Assembly: GCA_963664705.1 (NCBI GenBank) | Contig: OY761556.1 | Coordinates: forward strand, 6,048,001 to 6,112,000 | Reading direction: 5' to 3' | Length of the DNA stretch: 64,000 nt | Source of the DNA: Acidobacteriota bacterium | Lineage (GTDB): Bacteria > Acidobacteriota > UBA6911 | The notes under the pieces: model-generated | The model's input: the letters and a program-made list of their open reading frames with translations, nothing else | What the model was told of the DNA's origin: nothing | Databases searched by the model: none | Part shown: positions 17,412-27,735 of the stretch, one piece after another | Position numbering within the stretch: the first letter of the stretch is position 1 | Layout of the letters: each line of letters starts with the position of its first letter | Position numbers and translations under genes: made by a program

Positions 17412-19793
17412 ATGTACCAGATCGTCAAAAGAGAGCAGTTTGGTCCCGTTACGTTCCTATGGGAAGTTGTTGCGCCGGAGGTGGCGAAGGCATGCCAGCC
17501 CGGACATTTCGTCATGGTTCGCATGGACGAAACGGGCGAACGTATACCCTTGACGGTTGCGGACTTTGATCGCCGGAAGGGGACGGTGACCGTTGTCGTC
17601 CAGGCGGTGGGAAAGACGACACATCAAATGATGGCGCTGCCGGAGGGGGCTTCTGTGCTGGATTTTATCGGGCCTCTGGGGGTTGCTTCTCACCTGGAAA
17701 ATAGAAACAAGGTCGTGCTGGTGGGTGGTGGTTTGGGCGTTGCCCCGGTTTTTCCTCAATTGCGGCTGCATAAAGAACTCGGATCCTACACGATCTCCAT
17801 TATCGGATTCCGCAACAAGGATTTGATGTTCTGGGACGACAAGTTTTCCAAATACTCGGATGAATTCCGTGTCGCCACCGATGATGGCTCTTTTGGCACC
17901 AAGGGCTTTGTGACAGTTGTTCTCGCCGAGGTTTTGAAGGAGCACAAGGAAATTGGCGAGGTTATCGCGATCGGCCCGCTGCCGATGATGAAAGCATGCG
18001 CTGAATTGACGCGCCCGTATGGTATTCGCACCATGGTCAGCCTCAATTCCATTATGGTGGATGGAACGGGCATGTGCGGTTCGTGCCGTGTCACGATTGG
18101 CGACAAGATGAAATTTGCCTGCGTGGATGGGCCGGACTTTGATGGGCATCTGGTGAATTTTGATGAATTGATGCTGCGGCAAAAGCGTTTTGAGTGCGAG
18201 GAAAAAGGATGCTTGCAGCGTTTTGAGGATGAGCGCAAACGGCTGGCCGCGCTGGGTCAGGGTGGCTCCAATCCTGCCGTCCCGGTGGCGCGCAAGCGGC
18301 CCTCTTTAGAGGATCTGTCCACGGTTCCGGATGTACTTCCCTCTTCGACGGAACGGCTGGTGAAAAATATCCGGACAATTGCACCAACGCGAACCTCAAT
18401 GCCGGAGCAGGATGCGGAGGCGCGAGCGAAAAATTTCGAAGAGGTAGCGCTGGGATACACCTTGGAAATGGCGCTGGCTGAAGCGGACCGGTGCCTGCAG
18501 TGCAAGAAGCCAAAATGCGTGGCCGGCTGTCCGGTGGGAATCGATATCCCCGGGTTCATCACCGCATTGTCGCGCAGAGATCTCAAGGAATCATACCGCG
18601 TTCTCAAGAACTCCAATGCATTGCCGGCGGTCTGCGGCCGCGTATGCCCGCAGGAGGTACAGTGCGAGGCAACGTGCGTGGTCGGAAACAAACTCGAGCC
18701 GGTTGCCATTGGAAGACTGGAGCGGTTTGTCGCCGATTTTGCCGTGGGGCGCGGCTGGGATAAGGCGCTGGACAAGAACGCATCGGGCAAGAGAGCGGCC
18801 GTCATCGGATCGGGTCCTGCTAGCCTCGCATGCGCGGGTGATCTGGTCAAAGCCGGCGTAGATGTTACCGTGTATGAAGCGCTGCACGTTGCCGGCGGAG
18901 TTCTCAAATATGGAATCCCCGAATTCCGTCTCCCGAACGATATCATCGATGTGGAGATCGAGGCTCTTGCCAAGCTGGGAGTAAAGTTTGAGCTGGACTG
19001 CATCATCGGGAAGCTGTTTACGATTCCGCAACTGTTGAACGAAATGGGCTACGATGCGGTGTTTATCGCAACTGGAGCCGGGAGTCCCAAGTTTATGGGA
19101 ATTCCGGGCGAAGCCTATAATGGCGTTGTTTCAGCCAACGAGCTGTTGACGCGCATCAACTTGATGCAGGGATTCCGGCAGCCTCTTTATGATACTCCCG
19201 TGGGGATGGGCAAGAAGGTTGCGGTCATCGGTGCCGGAAATACGGCCATGGATGCTCTGCGCGTTTCCATGCGCATGGGAGCAGAGAAAGTTTATCTGGT
19301 TTACCGCAGGAGCATTAAGGAGTCCCCGGCGAGAGCGGAGGAATTGCATCACGCCATCGAGGAGGGAATCATCGCTAAATGGCTCACAAATCCTGTCCGC
19401 ATTCTCGGGAGTGAGGATGGATGGGTAACGGGGATGGAAGTGATCGAGATGGAACTTGGCGAGCCCGACGCGTCCGGACGCCGAAGCCCGGTGCCTAAAA
19501 AAGGATCTGAATATGTTTTGGATGTAGATATGGTTGTATATGCCTTGGGTACGTCGGCAAATCCGATCATTGCGCAGAGCACGCCTGGTTTGAAGACCAA
19601 TCGATGGGGTTATATTGAAATAGACGAGAAGACCGGGATGTCCTCTGTTCCCGGCGTTTTTGCAGGCGGCGATATTGTGACCGGATCGGCTACGGTGATC
19701 CTGGCCATGGGTGCCGGCCGCAGGGCTGCCCGCGGGATGCTGCAATATATGGGTTTGTTGCCGGCCGGCGATGTAGTCCTTTCGGAGGGATAA
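17412..19793 (+). CDS. Fused NfnA-NfnB (SudB-SudA) electron-bifurcating transhydrogenase-like protein
   Basis: N-terminal GERIPLT, GGG.G.AP, MVDGTGMCGSCR and CVDGP.F (PyrK-like); C-terminal EA.RCLQC...C..GCP, CGRVCPQE.QCE, GVLKYGIPEFRLP, FAGGD (GltD-like). Confidence 0.88.
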   Translation: MYQIVKREQFGPVTFLWEVVAPEVAKACQPGHFVMVRMDETGERIPLTVADFDRRKGTVTVVVQAVGKTTHQMMALPEGASVLDFIGPLGVASHLENRNKVVLVGGGLGVAPVFPQLRLHKELGSYTISIIGFRNKDLMFWDDKFSKYSDEFRVATDDGSFGTKGFVTVVLAEVLKEHKEIGEVIAIGPLPMMKACAELTRPYGIRTMVSLNSIMVDGTGMCGSCRVTIGDKMKFACVDGPDFDGHLVNFDELMLRQKRFECEEKGCLQRFEDERKRLAALGQGGSNPAVPVARKRPSLEDLSTVPDVLPSSTERLVKNIRTIAPTRTSMPEQDAEARAKNFEEVALGYTLEMALAEADRCLQCKKPKCVAGCPVGIDIPGFITALSRRDLKESYRVLKNSNALPAVCGRVCPQEVQCEATCVVGNKLEPVAIGRLERFVADFAVGRGWDKALDKNASGKRAAVIGSGPASLACAGDLVKAGVDVTVYEALHVAGGVLKYGIPEFRLPNDIIDVEIEALAKLGVKFELDCIIGKLFTIPQLLNEMGYDAVFIATGAGSPKFMGIPGEAYNGVVSANELLTRINLMQGFRQPLYDTPVGMGKKVAVIGAGNTAMDALRVSMRMGAEKVYLVYRRSIKESPARAEELHHAIEEGIIAKWLTNPVRILGSEDGWVTGMEVIEMELGEPDASGRRSPVPKKGSEYVLDVDMVVYALGTSANPIIAQSTPGLKTNRWGYIEIDEKTGMSSVPGVFAGGDIVTGSATVILAMGAGRRAARGMLQYMGLLPAGDVVLSEG

Positions 19794-19858
19794 CCTCAGA
19801 ATGTCGTTGCTGCTCCGGTCAGCTCAGGAGGTATTAAAAGCAATCCAGCCGAAAAATA

Positions 19859-19914
19859 AAACGCCACGAATTACGCAAAGTTCGCGAAGCGTATTCGTGT
19901 AATTCGTGGCGTTT
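19859..19914. repeat. Palindrome of the CCACGAAT family
   Basis: Perfect 16-bp inverted repeat AAACGCCACGAATTAC / GTAATTCGTGGCGTTT. Confidence 0.75.
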
Positions 19915-20171
19915 GCTCCACTGTTTTTCCTCAAAACAACGATAACCAATCCTTATCACCCACCAGTGACTCATTAGTTTTTCTTGAATGCATCCGATCA
20001 GGAGAGTATCGTGTTTATGTCCGTATAGCGCGGATGCATAGCATTGCTGAGATGTTGAGCCCGTTTCCAGCCGCCATGGGAGCTGCTTTTCGCAAACATC
20101 TCGGAGATGGGCACACGGATGAGAAGCCGGGAATGTCGGCTCTTCATGTTCATAATCAGAAGGAGGGAATA

Positions 20172-21560
20172 ATGGCCATCAAATCAGAGGATCCTACCTC
20201 ACAACCGGAATCATCAAAGTCAAAGAAGGTCACGAAGGAGGAGTTGCTTGCCAAGGCATATAAACCTGCCGAAGATGCAATGAAACTGCATCCGTTCTAC
20301 AAGGGCAAGCTGGAAACTTCTCCAAAGTGCTGCATTCGCGACTTTGATGACTTCGCTATCTGGTATACCCCGGGTGTCGCCGAGGTCTGCAAAGACATCT
20401 ACAATCACCCCGAGAAGGTGTACGAGCACACCAACAAAGGGAATACGGTTGCCGTTGTCACGGACGGCACACGCATCCTGGGCCTGGGAGATATCGGTCC
20501 GGAAGCCGGCATGCCTGTTATGGAAGGGAAGGGCATTCTGTACAAGTACCTTGGTGGCGTGGATGCATTCCCGATCTGTCTCGACACCAAGGACCCGGAA
20601 GAAATCATCCGAACGGTGGAGTTGCTGCAACCCTCCTTTGGCGGAATCAATCTGGAAGACATTGCCCAGCCGAAATGCTTCTACATTCTGGCGGAGCTGC
20701 GGCGCCGCTGCAAAATCCCTGTATGGCATGATGATCAGCAGGGGACGGCAACGGTTTGCCTGGCCGGTCTTATCAATGCGCTGAAAGTGGTGGGAAAGCG
20801 GATTGAGGATGTCAAGATCACGCTGGTAGGTTCTGGCGCGGCAAATATCCGAATCGGTTCTTTGTATATGGCCTATGGCGCGAAGCCCGGCAACCTGATC
20901 TTTGTCGACAGCAAAGGGACGCTGCACAAGGGGCGCACGGAACTGCAAAAGACGCACAAAGAAAAATGGATGATGTGCCAGGAGACGAATAAGAACCAGT
21001 TGGTGGGAGGCATCGAGGAGGCCATGCGTGGAGCCGATATTGTGTCGGCCGCCTCAACGCCGGGCCCGGATACGCTGAAAAAAGAATGGGTCGCACAAAT
21101 GGCGAAGGATCCGATTGTATTCACTACGGCCAATCCGATTCCTGAAATGTGGCCATGGGATGCGCACGAAGCGGGTGCGGTGGTTGTGGGAACGGGACGA
21201 TCGGATTTTCCCAACCAGATCAACAACTCCCTTGGATTTCCCGGGATCTTCAGGGGAGCATTGGACGTGGCGGCTACGACGATAACGGATCAAATGTGCA
21301 TCGCCGCGGCGGTAGAACTCGCGAAATGTGCCGAGGACAAGGGGCTGCGTCCGGACTACATCATTCCCAAAATGGATGAGCCGGATGTTTTTGTCCGAGA
21401 AGCCGTGGCCGTAGGGTTGAAGGCCATTGAACAGGGTGTTGCCCGCAAAACCCTGACGCGGGATCAGTTGTATCGCCTGGCAGAGATGATGATTTATCGC
21501 GCCCGGAGCGAGACTCAGGTCAAGATGAAAGAAAAGGTTATTCCTGAGGCTCCGGAGTAA
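20172..21560 (+). CDS. NAD(P)-dependent malic enzyme
   Basis: YTPGVA, VTDGT.ILGLG.IGP, PVMEGK, GGINLEDI..P.CF, HDDQ.GTA, ANP.PE, TGRSD.PNQ.NN.L.FPG; AGGAGG RBS. Confidence 0.93.
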   Translation: MAIKSEDPTSQPESSKSKKVTKEELLAKAYKPAEDAMKLHPFYKGKLETSPKCCIRDFDDFAIWYTPGVAEVCKDIYNHPEKVYEHTNKGNTVAVVTDGTRILGLGDIGPEAGMPVMEGKGILYKYLGGVDAFPICLDTKDPEEIIRTVELLQPSFGGINLEDIAQPKCFYILAELRRRCKIPVWHDDQQGTATVCLAGLINALKVVGKRIEDVKITLVGSGAANIRIGSLYMAYGAKPGNLIFVDSKGTLHKGRTELQKTHKEKWMMCQETNKNQLVGGIEEAMRGADIVSAASTPGPDTLKKEWVAQMAKDPIVFTTANPIPEMWPWDAHEAGAVVVGTGRSDFPNQINNSLGFPGIFRGALDVAATTITDQMCIAAAVELAKCAEDKGLRPDYIIPKMDEPDVFVREAVAVGLKAIEQGVARKTLTRDQLYRLAEMMIYRARSETQVKMKEKVIPEAPE

Positions 21561-21661
21561 GGCTCCAGTTTCTGTCGCAGGGTATTGCAATCCTACCGGC
21601 GACCGTGTGATTTCATTGGGAGTGCCAGGCACTCCGGTGTATGATCAAAGCATAATAAAGG

Positions 21662-21701
21662 AAAGGGGACGTTTCACCCATGTGAAGCGTCCCCTTTTTT
21701 T
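21662..21701 (+). terminator. Rho-independent terminator
   Basis: AAAGGGGACGTTTCAC-CCAT-GTGAAGCGTCCCC followed by T7. Confidence 0.75.
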
Positions 21702-21714
21702 AAATGGAGCTATC

Positions 21715-23268
21715 ATGTTTTTTGAAGATCCGATTCGCACGATCGATGTGGAGCTGCCGGCCGGCTGGAGTTACAACGTTTTTGAGTCAACCTTGACCGA
21801 CTTTTATTTCACTCGCTGGGATTGCCCCAGCGAAATCGTCGGCGTCCATGTCAGACCGGCTTCCGTGCCGCAGGACGAGCCGAATGAGAGCTGGATTCAA
21901 CAGATTCAGTCTCATGTCGGCGAAAAAGTTGTTTTGACTCCGGGTGAACTGGAGACCGGCTGCATCCTGGTTGCCAATTTCGGATCCGATCAAGGACCTG
22001 CCCAGCGCGTTGCCTTTATTCGCGGGCCGAAGGTTGAGTTGGTGGTCGAACAGCGGTCGCTCGAACGGCAACCCGATCGGTGGGCTCCTCTGGAACTCGC
22101 TGCCCGGACAGTCGTTTCCGCGGTGAACTTTGGCAAATTCAAAGGTTCCGGCGTTGAGGAATTCAACCAGTGCATGGATAACGCCAATCAGGCGCTGGGC
22201 AAACAGGACTTTCCCGCGGTAATCACTGCGCTCCAGCAGGCAATCGATATTGGAACGTTCGCCTGGTTGTATAGCCTGGCCCCGCCGGTCAATTCACCGG
22301 ATCTGAATGCGGCGGTGCGCGTGGCCCAGGCGATGATGCATGCCGCCGGCATTACCGGCGATTCGTTGATGCAGCGGAATTCCGAATGTGTCCTGCGCAG
22401 AAGTTTGTGCACCCTGGAGCGGATGGAGTCTTCGGATGAAGTCGAAAGAATGAAGAAGGATCTGACCCAGGCGCTGGATCTCATGATTGCCGAGCTGCTC
22501 GATAGGACGGAGGAAAAGGCTTCGGGTGCCGTTTCGCCGGTACTTGCGATGCGCGAGCGGGCTTTCCGCTCCATCCGGTTTGCAGAAGATGCATTGAGTG
22601 GACCGGATTTTGAGAATGCTTATAATCTTTCGGGCCTGGCGGCGGATGATCTGATTGCGCTTCTTTCGCTATTTCGCAGGCCTCAGGCTCAGCCGGAGGA
22701 GATTCCAGAGGAGATTGCGGCTCATCTGGTCGGCCAGGGCATCACCGATCCCGCCGCGCAAAGAGAAACATTGCGCAAAGCGCGGGAATCCTTTCTTTTA
22801 CCACCGCTCGTTTCGGCTCTCCAGCTTCGCTTCTGCTGCGCCCTCCAGCTGGGGACCTTTGGCTTCACCGATGCCGCTGAAACCCTGCTTCCCATCGCGC
22901 GGCTGTTGCACAGCGAAAATCCGGACGATTCGGGAATTGCAATGAACCTGGCTTTGTCATGGACGCTTTGTGCCGGTGCGGCAATTCTCCAATCCGGAGA
23001 TCAATCCATAAAGAATACGGAGCAGTATCTCGGCAATGCCGAACAGGTGCTCGGTTCGATTGTGGATGCAAGTGGGGCCGATACTGGGTGGATTCGATTC
23101 CAGGATCGCCATTTTGAGGGGATATTGCAGGCTCTTCAGAGACGATTGGCCCGCTTGGAGGAGGAGGAACACTCTGACGAGAGAAAAGTATTGGCCGGCA
23201 TCTGCTCCCGGTTTGAGAAACTCTCGGCAGAATTCCGGCACAGAGCAGGTGCTGCCCCGGCCAAGTAG
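21715..23268 (+). CDS. Hypothetical protein (possible PsbP/DcrB-like N-terminus, helical C-terminus)
   Basis: 517-codon ORF with GGAG RBS; no family recognised with confidence. Confidence 0.65.
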   Translation: MFFEDPIRTIDVELPAGWSYNVFESTLTDFYFTRWDCPSEIVGVHVRPASVPQDEPNESWIQQIQSHVGEKVVLTPGELETGCILVANFGSDQGPAQRVAFIRGPKVELVVEQRSLERQPDRWAPLELAARTVVSAVNFGKFKGSGVEEFNQCMDNANQALGKQDFPAVITALQQAIDIGTFAWLYSLAPPVNSPDLNAAVRVAQAMMHAAGITGDSLMQRNSECVLRRSLCTLERMESSDEVERMKKDLTQALDLMIAELLDRTEEKASGAVSPVLAMRERAFRSIRFAEDALSGPDFENAYNLSGLAADDLIALLSLFRRPQAQPEEIPEEIAAHLVGQGITDPAAQRETLRKARESFLLPPLVSALQLRFCCALQLGTFGFTDAAETLLPIARLLHSENPDDSGIAMNLALSWTLCAGAAILQSGDQSIKNTEQYLGNAEQVLGSIVDASGADTGWIRFQDRHFEGILQALQRRLARLEEEEHSDERKVLAGICSRFEKLSAEFRHRAGAAPAK

Positions 23269-23346
23269 CGTAACCGGTTGCCTCTTTCCACATGCAGCAA
23301 CCTGTTCGCCTGTTCGTGGGCGTGATTCTGTTCTCGGAGGTTGCAC

Positions 23347-24312
23347 ATGAACCCAGACGTCGTCCGAGCCATTCCCGAAATGGTTGAGTCCGGGATTTTG
23401 GAGGATGAAAAAGCCTTAACGCTGCTCCGTATTGCACGCGGCGAACTGTTGTCCGTTCACGCAGAAATTCGATTTCTGTTTTACCTGGGTGTCCTGGCCT
23501 GCACCGCGGGCGCCGGGTTCCTGATCAGTGACAACTATAGGCAGATCGGTCCGCTTGCCGTCGCCCTTTTTATTGGCGCGGCTGCCGCGTCCAGTTTCGG
23601 ACTGGCGGTCCGGAAAGCGCCTCCTTTTTCCTGGGGCGAAGTCCCGTCTCCGTCGATCGCCTTTGATTACCTGCTTTTGTTGGGCGTGCTCCTTGGAGCC
23701 GCAGATCTTGCCTTCATCGAAGTTCAATGCACGAACCTGGGCGCGCATTGGCCCTGGCATTTGCTGATCACTGCCATCCTTATGGCTGGCATCGCAATCC
23801 GTTATGATTCACGCACGGTCTTTTCGCTGGCTCTTTCCACTTTTGCCGCCTGGCGCGGAGTGTCGGTATCTCTGATTGAGGTGTCTCTCTGGCGTTTTTC
23901 CAGCGAGCCTTTGCGGTCAAATGCAATTGCCTGCGGCATCCTTTTTATTGCCCTGGGCCACTACTTGCTGCGGACGCATCGGAAGCCGCATTTCGAGCCC
24001 GCGGCTGCCTACCTCGGATGGCTGCTTGTCCTGAGCGCATTTGTCTATGGCGGATCGGTGAGAGGAGTGGAGGGAGCTGTCTATATTTTTCTGCTTCTTG
24101 CAACCAGCAGCGTGTTGGCCTGGCATTCCTTCAGGCAGAGGAGGTTTCCGCTGTTCACGGTTGGCGTCGTAGCCGCTTTTATTGCGCTCCTGGAGATCGT
24201 GTCGAAATGCCGGCTCGGATTTGAATTGGCCGCTCTTGCAACCTGTGCCATTGCGGTTGTGATGATCATCTTTCTCTGGAAAACGCATCGCACCATGAGG
24301 GGGTCCTTATGA
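23347..24312 (+). CDS. DUF2157-like polytopic membrane protein
   Basis: LLSV..E.R.L.Y.GV, .DY.LLLG, Y....V.SLAL...AAW.G; about 9 TM segments. Confidence 0.7.
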   Translation: MNPDVVRAIPEMVESGILEDEKALTLLRIARGELLSVHAEIRFLFYLGVLACTAGAGFLISDNYRQIGPLAVALFIGAAAASSFGLAVRKAPPFSWGEVPSPSIAFDYLLLLGVLLGAADLAFIEVQCTNLGAHWPWHLLITAILMAGIAIRYDSRTVFSLALSTFAAWRGVSVSLIEVSLWRFSSEPLRSNAIACGILFIALGHYLLRTHRKPHFEPAAAYLGWLLVLSAFVYGGSVRGVEGAVYIFLLLATSSVLAWHSFRQRRFPLFTVGVVAAFIALLEIVSKCRLGFELAALATCAIAVVMIIFLWKTHRTMRGSL

Positions 24313-25463
24313 GGCGGGCGGCAATCCTGGCGGATCGAAGGCAGGCGGTAAGAGATGCAGCAAGAGATTGGGTTAAGTCCGGCTGGATGGATGAAAACGC
24401 CTTTGCCAAAGTGGAGCAGCTTTATCCCGATGACCGCGTGCGCACCGGCCCTGCGTTCCGCATTCTTTTCTTTGTTTTGACCTTAGCCGCAATTGCCGCC
24501 TTCCTCGGAGCATTTTACAGCCAGATTAACCATGCTGAGACGGCGGCCTTGTTTGCCCTGGTTGTTGGGGGGATCTGTGTTGTTGCGACTGAATATCTGG
24601 TTAATGAATCCAGGCGCCGGCAGGGTGGAATAGAAGCGGCCGTTTCGGTTGCAGCTACAGCCAACCTGATGGTTGGCGCAACAGTGCTTGTTCTGGAGTC
24701 CTGGAGAACCGGCCGTGTTGTCGAGGTCCTGCTGTTTCTTCTCTGTGGATTGCTCTTGGGCGCGGCAGCCTGGATCTGGGGATACTGGCCCTACGCAGCG
24801 CTTGCATCCGCATCCATTTTCGGCGCGGCAATCAGTATGTCGGACGGGAAATTTGTATATCTGGTTGTTGCTGCTGCAGCCTGCGGCGGGATGATTCCCC
24901 TGGGTAATTCGGCAAAGCTGCCTCCTTCTTTAAGAAGGTCCTTTATTGCCTTCTCCGCTGTTGCGATAGCGGCACTATATGCGGGAGTAAGTGTTTTCCT
25001 GTTCGACAAGCATTTTTTTATATCGTATCCGTATGTGGATCCCTTTCCCCGATGGCTGTCGATTGTGTTGACCGGCTTGGTGCCGTGCGCTGTTTTTCTG
25101 ATCGGGCTGCTCAGAAAACAGAGGTTGCTCATAGTTTTGGGGTTTGGGCTCGGGCTTTTGTCTTTGGTCACCCTGAGAGCCTATGTGCACGTGGCGCCTG
25201 TCTGGGTTGTTCTTTCCGCATCCGGAATTGCGTTAATGGCCGGTGCGGCAGCTTTGCGCCACTACCTTGATTCCGGGCCGGGTTCGGAACGCAATGGATA
25301 TACCGCACGCCCGCTGACCGGGCAGCCGGAAAGACTGCGCGCGGCCGAAATCATCACAACTTTGGGAATGGCGACCCCGCAGACAACTGCCCCGGCGGAG
25401 CATTCGGAGTTCCACGGGAAAGGCGGTGAGTTTGGCGGCGGCGGTGCGTCCGGCAAATTTTAA
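24309..25463 (+). CDS. Polytopic membrane protein with GGEFGGGGASGKF tail
   Basis: ATGA-coupled to the previous gene; about 11 TM segments; Gly-rich C-terminus. Confidence 0.7.
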   Translation: MRRAAILADRRQAVRDAARDWVKSGWMDENAFAKVEQLYPDDRVRTGPAFRILFFVLTLAAIAAFLGAFYSQINHAETAALFALVVGGICVVATEYLVNESRRRQGGIEAAVSVAATANLMVGATVLVLESWRTGRVVEVLLFLLCGLLLGAAAWIWGYWPYAALASASIFGAAISMSDGKFVYLVVAAAACGGMIPLGNSAKLPPSLRRSFIAFSAVAIAALYAGVSVFLFDKHFFISYPYVDPFPRWLSIVLTGLVPCAVFLIGLLRKQRLLIVLGFGLGLLSLVTLRAYVHVAPVWVVLSASGIALMAGAAALRHYLDSGPGSERNGYTARPLTGQPERLRAAEIITTLGMATPQTTAPAEHSEFHGKGGEFGGGGASGKF

Positions 25464-25533
25464 GTCCTCTCGAAAGCCGGCCAGTTTCGAGAATGGATAC
25501 CGCTGGATCGAGCAGACAATATAAAAGAGCTTT

Positions 25534-25676
25534 CGATAACCGCGATAACCGCGAAGACCGCAAAGAAAATATTTTGGTAGGCTTTGCGCTTATCGGTCTC
25601 GCCAGATCATTCATTACACTATGTAATTGCCCGGCAGCAAAAAGATCCTTGCGGTCTTCGCGGTCTTTGCGGTTCG
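25534..25676. repeat. Nonamer-based inverted repeat between convergent genes
   Basis: CGATAACCG-CGATAACCG-CGAAGACCG-CAAAG versus CTTGCGGTCTTCGCGGTCTTTGCGGTTCG. Confidence 0.7.
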
Positions 25677-25689
25677 CATAAGTCCGGTT

Positions 25690-26910
25690 CTATTCATAAC
25701 GAAGGGCTTCGATCGGGTCGAGCTTTGATGCCTTCAGCGCTGGATACCATCCGGCCGCGATCCCGATGCCGGCCGCAAAGGAAAAGGCTACGCCGATCGC
25801 AGTTGTTGAAATCAATGTTGGCCAGCCGAGCGAATCCGAGATCAGTTTGGACGCAACCGATCCAAGGATGATCCCCAGTACTCCTCCGAATATGGCCAGC
25901 ACGACCGCTTCCGCCAGGAACTGGAATTGGACATCTCCGCCGGTTGCGCCGACCGCCATCCGGATGCCGATTTCCCGCGTGCGTTCGGTGACTGAGACCA
26001 GCATGATGTTCATTACACCTATTCCGCCCACGATCAGGCTGACCAGCGCAATACTTGCCAACAGGAGTGTCATTACCTGGTTTGAGTTGTTGGCCAGCTC
26101 CGCCATGTCCGCAAGGTTGCGAACCTGAAAATCATCCTCCTCGCTGCGCGCTATGCGGTGCCGCTGTCGCAGAAGATCTGAGATCTCAGCCTGGGCTGTT
26201 GAGGAAGCTTCCTCGGTCACGGCAGACACCATGATGCTGTTGACGAATGTGATCCCCAGCATTTTTTTCTGTACGGTTGTATACGGCGCAATAATAGTGT
26301 CGTCCTGGTCCTGGCCCATTCCGCTCTGGCCTTTTGGTTTGAGTACTCCGACGATTCGCCATGGCATGTTGCGCATGCGGATCTCCTGGCCGATGGGATC
26401 TGATCCGGCGAAGAGATTATCCGCCACGGTTTTTCCCAAAACACAGACTCGCTGTGCCGTCAAAACATCCTGCGTGGTGAAGAAGGATCCCTTTTCAACC
26501 TCCCACAAGCGGATTTCGGGAAAATGCGTGTCATAGCCTTGAATATTTGTAAACCAGTTCTGGTTTCCATATACGACGGATGCGCTTGTGCGGACGAGCG
26601 GCGACGCGTACTTTACAGCCGGACACTCGCGCTCAATAGACTGGGCATCGTCAACCGTCAGGTGACTTGTTGTACCCAGTCCCATGCGAACTCCACCGGA
26701 GTTGAGCGCGCCCGGCGTGACAAACAGCATGTTGCTTCCGGTGCCTGCAATCTGCTGCGCGATGGTTCGCTGTGCGCCCTGCCCGACACTGACCATGGCG
26801 ATGACGGCTCCAACGCCAATAATGATGCCCAGCATGGTCAGCACGGAGCGCATTTTATTTCTGCTTAATGCCTTTACCGAGACGCGGAATATGGTGAGCA
26901 AGAGTATCAT
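25690..26910 (-). CDS. MacB/FtsX-family ABC transporter permease
   Basis: [58 protein letters not shown]. Confidence 0.93.
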   Translation of the reverse strand: MILLLTIFRVSVKALSRNKMRSVLTMLGIIIGVGAVIAMVSVGQGAQRTIAQQIAGTGSNMLFVTPGALNSGGVRMGLGTTSHLTVDDAQSIERECPAVKYASPLVRTSASVVYGNQNWFTNIQGYDTHFPEIRLWEVEKGSFFTTQDVLTAQRVCVLGKTVADNLFAGSDPIGQEIRMRNMPWRIVGVLKPKGQSGMGQDQDDTIIAPYTTVQKKMLGITFVNSIMVSAVTEEASSTAQAEISDLLRQRHRIARSEEDDFQVRNLADMAELANNSNQVMTLLLASIALVSLIVGGIGVMNIMLVSVTERTREIGIRMAVGATGGDVQFQFLAEAVVLAIFGGVLGIILGSVASKLISDSLGWPTLISTTAIGVAFSFAAGIGIAAGWYPALKASKLDPIEALRYE

Positions 26911-27713
26911 AGCTCCTCCGCCGGCGGCAGACTGGCCAGAACGGCCGCCGCATTGCGTCGGGTCTGGACAATCTGGTCGCGTTTGACGCGCCCGTCGCGA
27001 AAATAGATCACGCGCCGGGCGAATTCAGCTATATCGGGTTCGTGCGTCACCAGGACAATGGTCAGGCTCTCCTTTTCGTTGAGCTGCTGGAAGATATCCA
27101 TGATCTCGATGCTGGTGCGGCTGTCGAGGTTTCCCGTTGGTTCATCCGCCAGAAGTATTGACGGGTGATTGACAAGGGCGCGGGCTATCGCCACGCGTTG
27201 CTGCTGTCCGCCCGAAAGCTGAGATGGAATATGGTCCACGCGATTCCCTAATCCGACCTTTTCCAGTGCGGCGCGTGAGAGCCTGTGCCGGTCGGCGGCT
27301 CGCATGGAGGCATAGATCAGAGGCAGTTCAACATTTTCCAGAGCGGAAGTGCGACTCAGCAGATTGAATCCCTGGAAAACAAATCCCACATGTCTGTTGC
27401 GGATGTGTGCCAGATCCACTCGCGAAAGCAGGGCGACGTCAGTACTTTCCAGCAGGTAGGTTCCTTCCGTCGGTTTGTCGAGGCACCCCAATAGATTCAT
27501 GAAGGTCGATTTTCCGGAACCGGAAGCGCCCATGATGGCGACAAACTCTCCCCGGCAGATCTCGAGGGAAACGCCGCGCAGTGCATGAACCTTCATATCC
27601 CCCATTTCATAGGTCTTGTGAAGATTTTCTACCCTGATTACGGTTTCGAGATTCCTGTCGGTCGCATCCTGCGCTTCTTCGTCAAGGAGCTGCCGTGCAT
27701 ATTGTGTGCTCAT
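26907..27713 (-). CDS. MacB/LolD-family ABC ATP-binding protein
   Basis: [34 protein letters not shown]. Confidence 0.95.
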   Translation of the reverse strand: MSTQYARQLLDEEAQDATDRNLETVIRVENLHKTYEMGDMKVHALRGVSLEICRGEFVAIMGASGSGKSTFMNLLGCLDKPTEGTYLLESTDVALLSRVDLAHIRNRHVGFVFQGFNLLSRTSALENVELPLIYASMRAADRHRLSRAALEKVGLGNRVDHIPSQLSGGQQQRVAIARALVNHPSILLADEPTGNLDSRTSIEIMDIFQQLNEKESLTIVLVTHEPDIAEFARRVIYFRDGRVKRDQIVQTRRNAAAVLASLPPAEEL

Positions 27714-27735
27714 AGATCCTCCCTCTGAGAATGGC

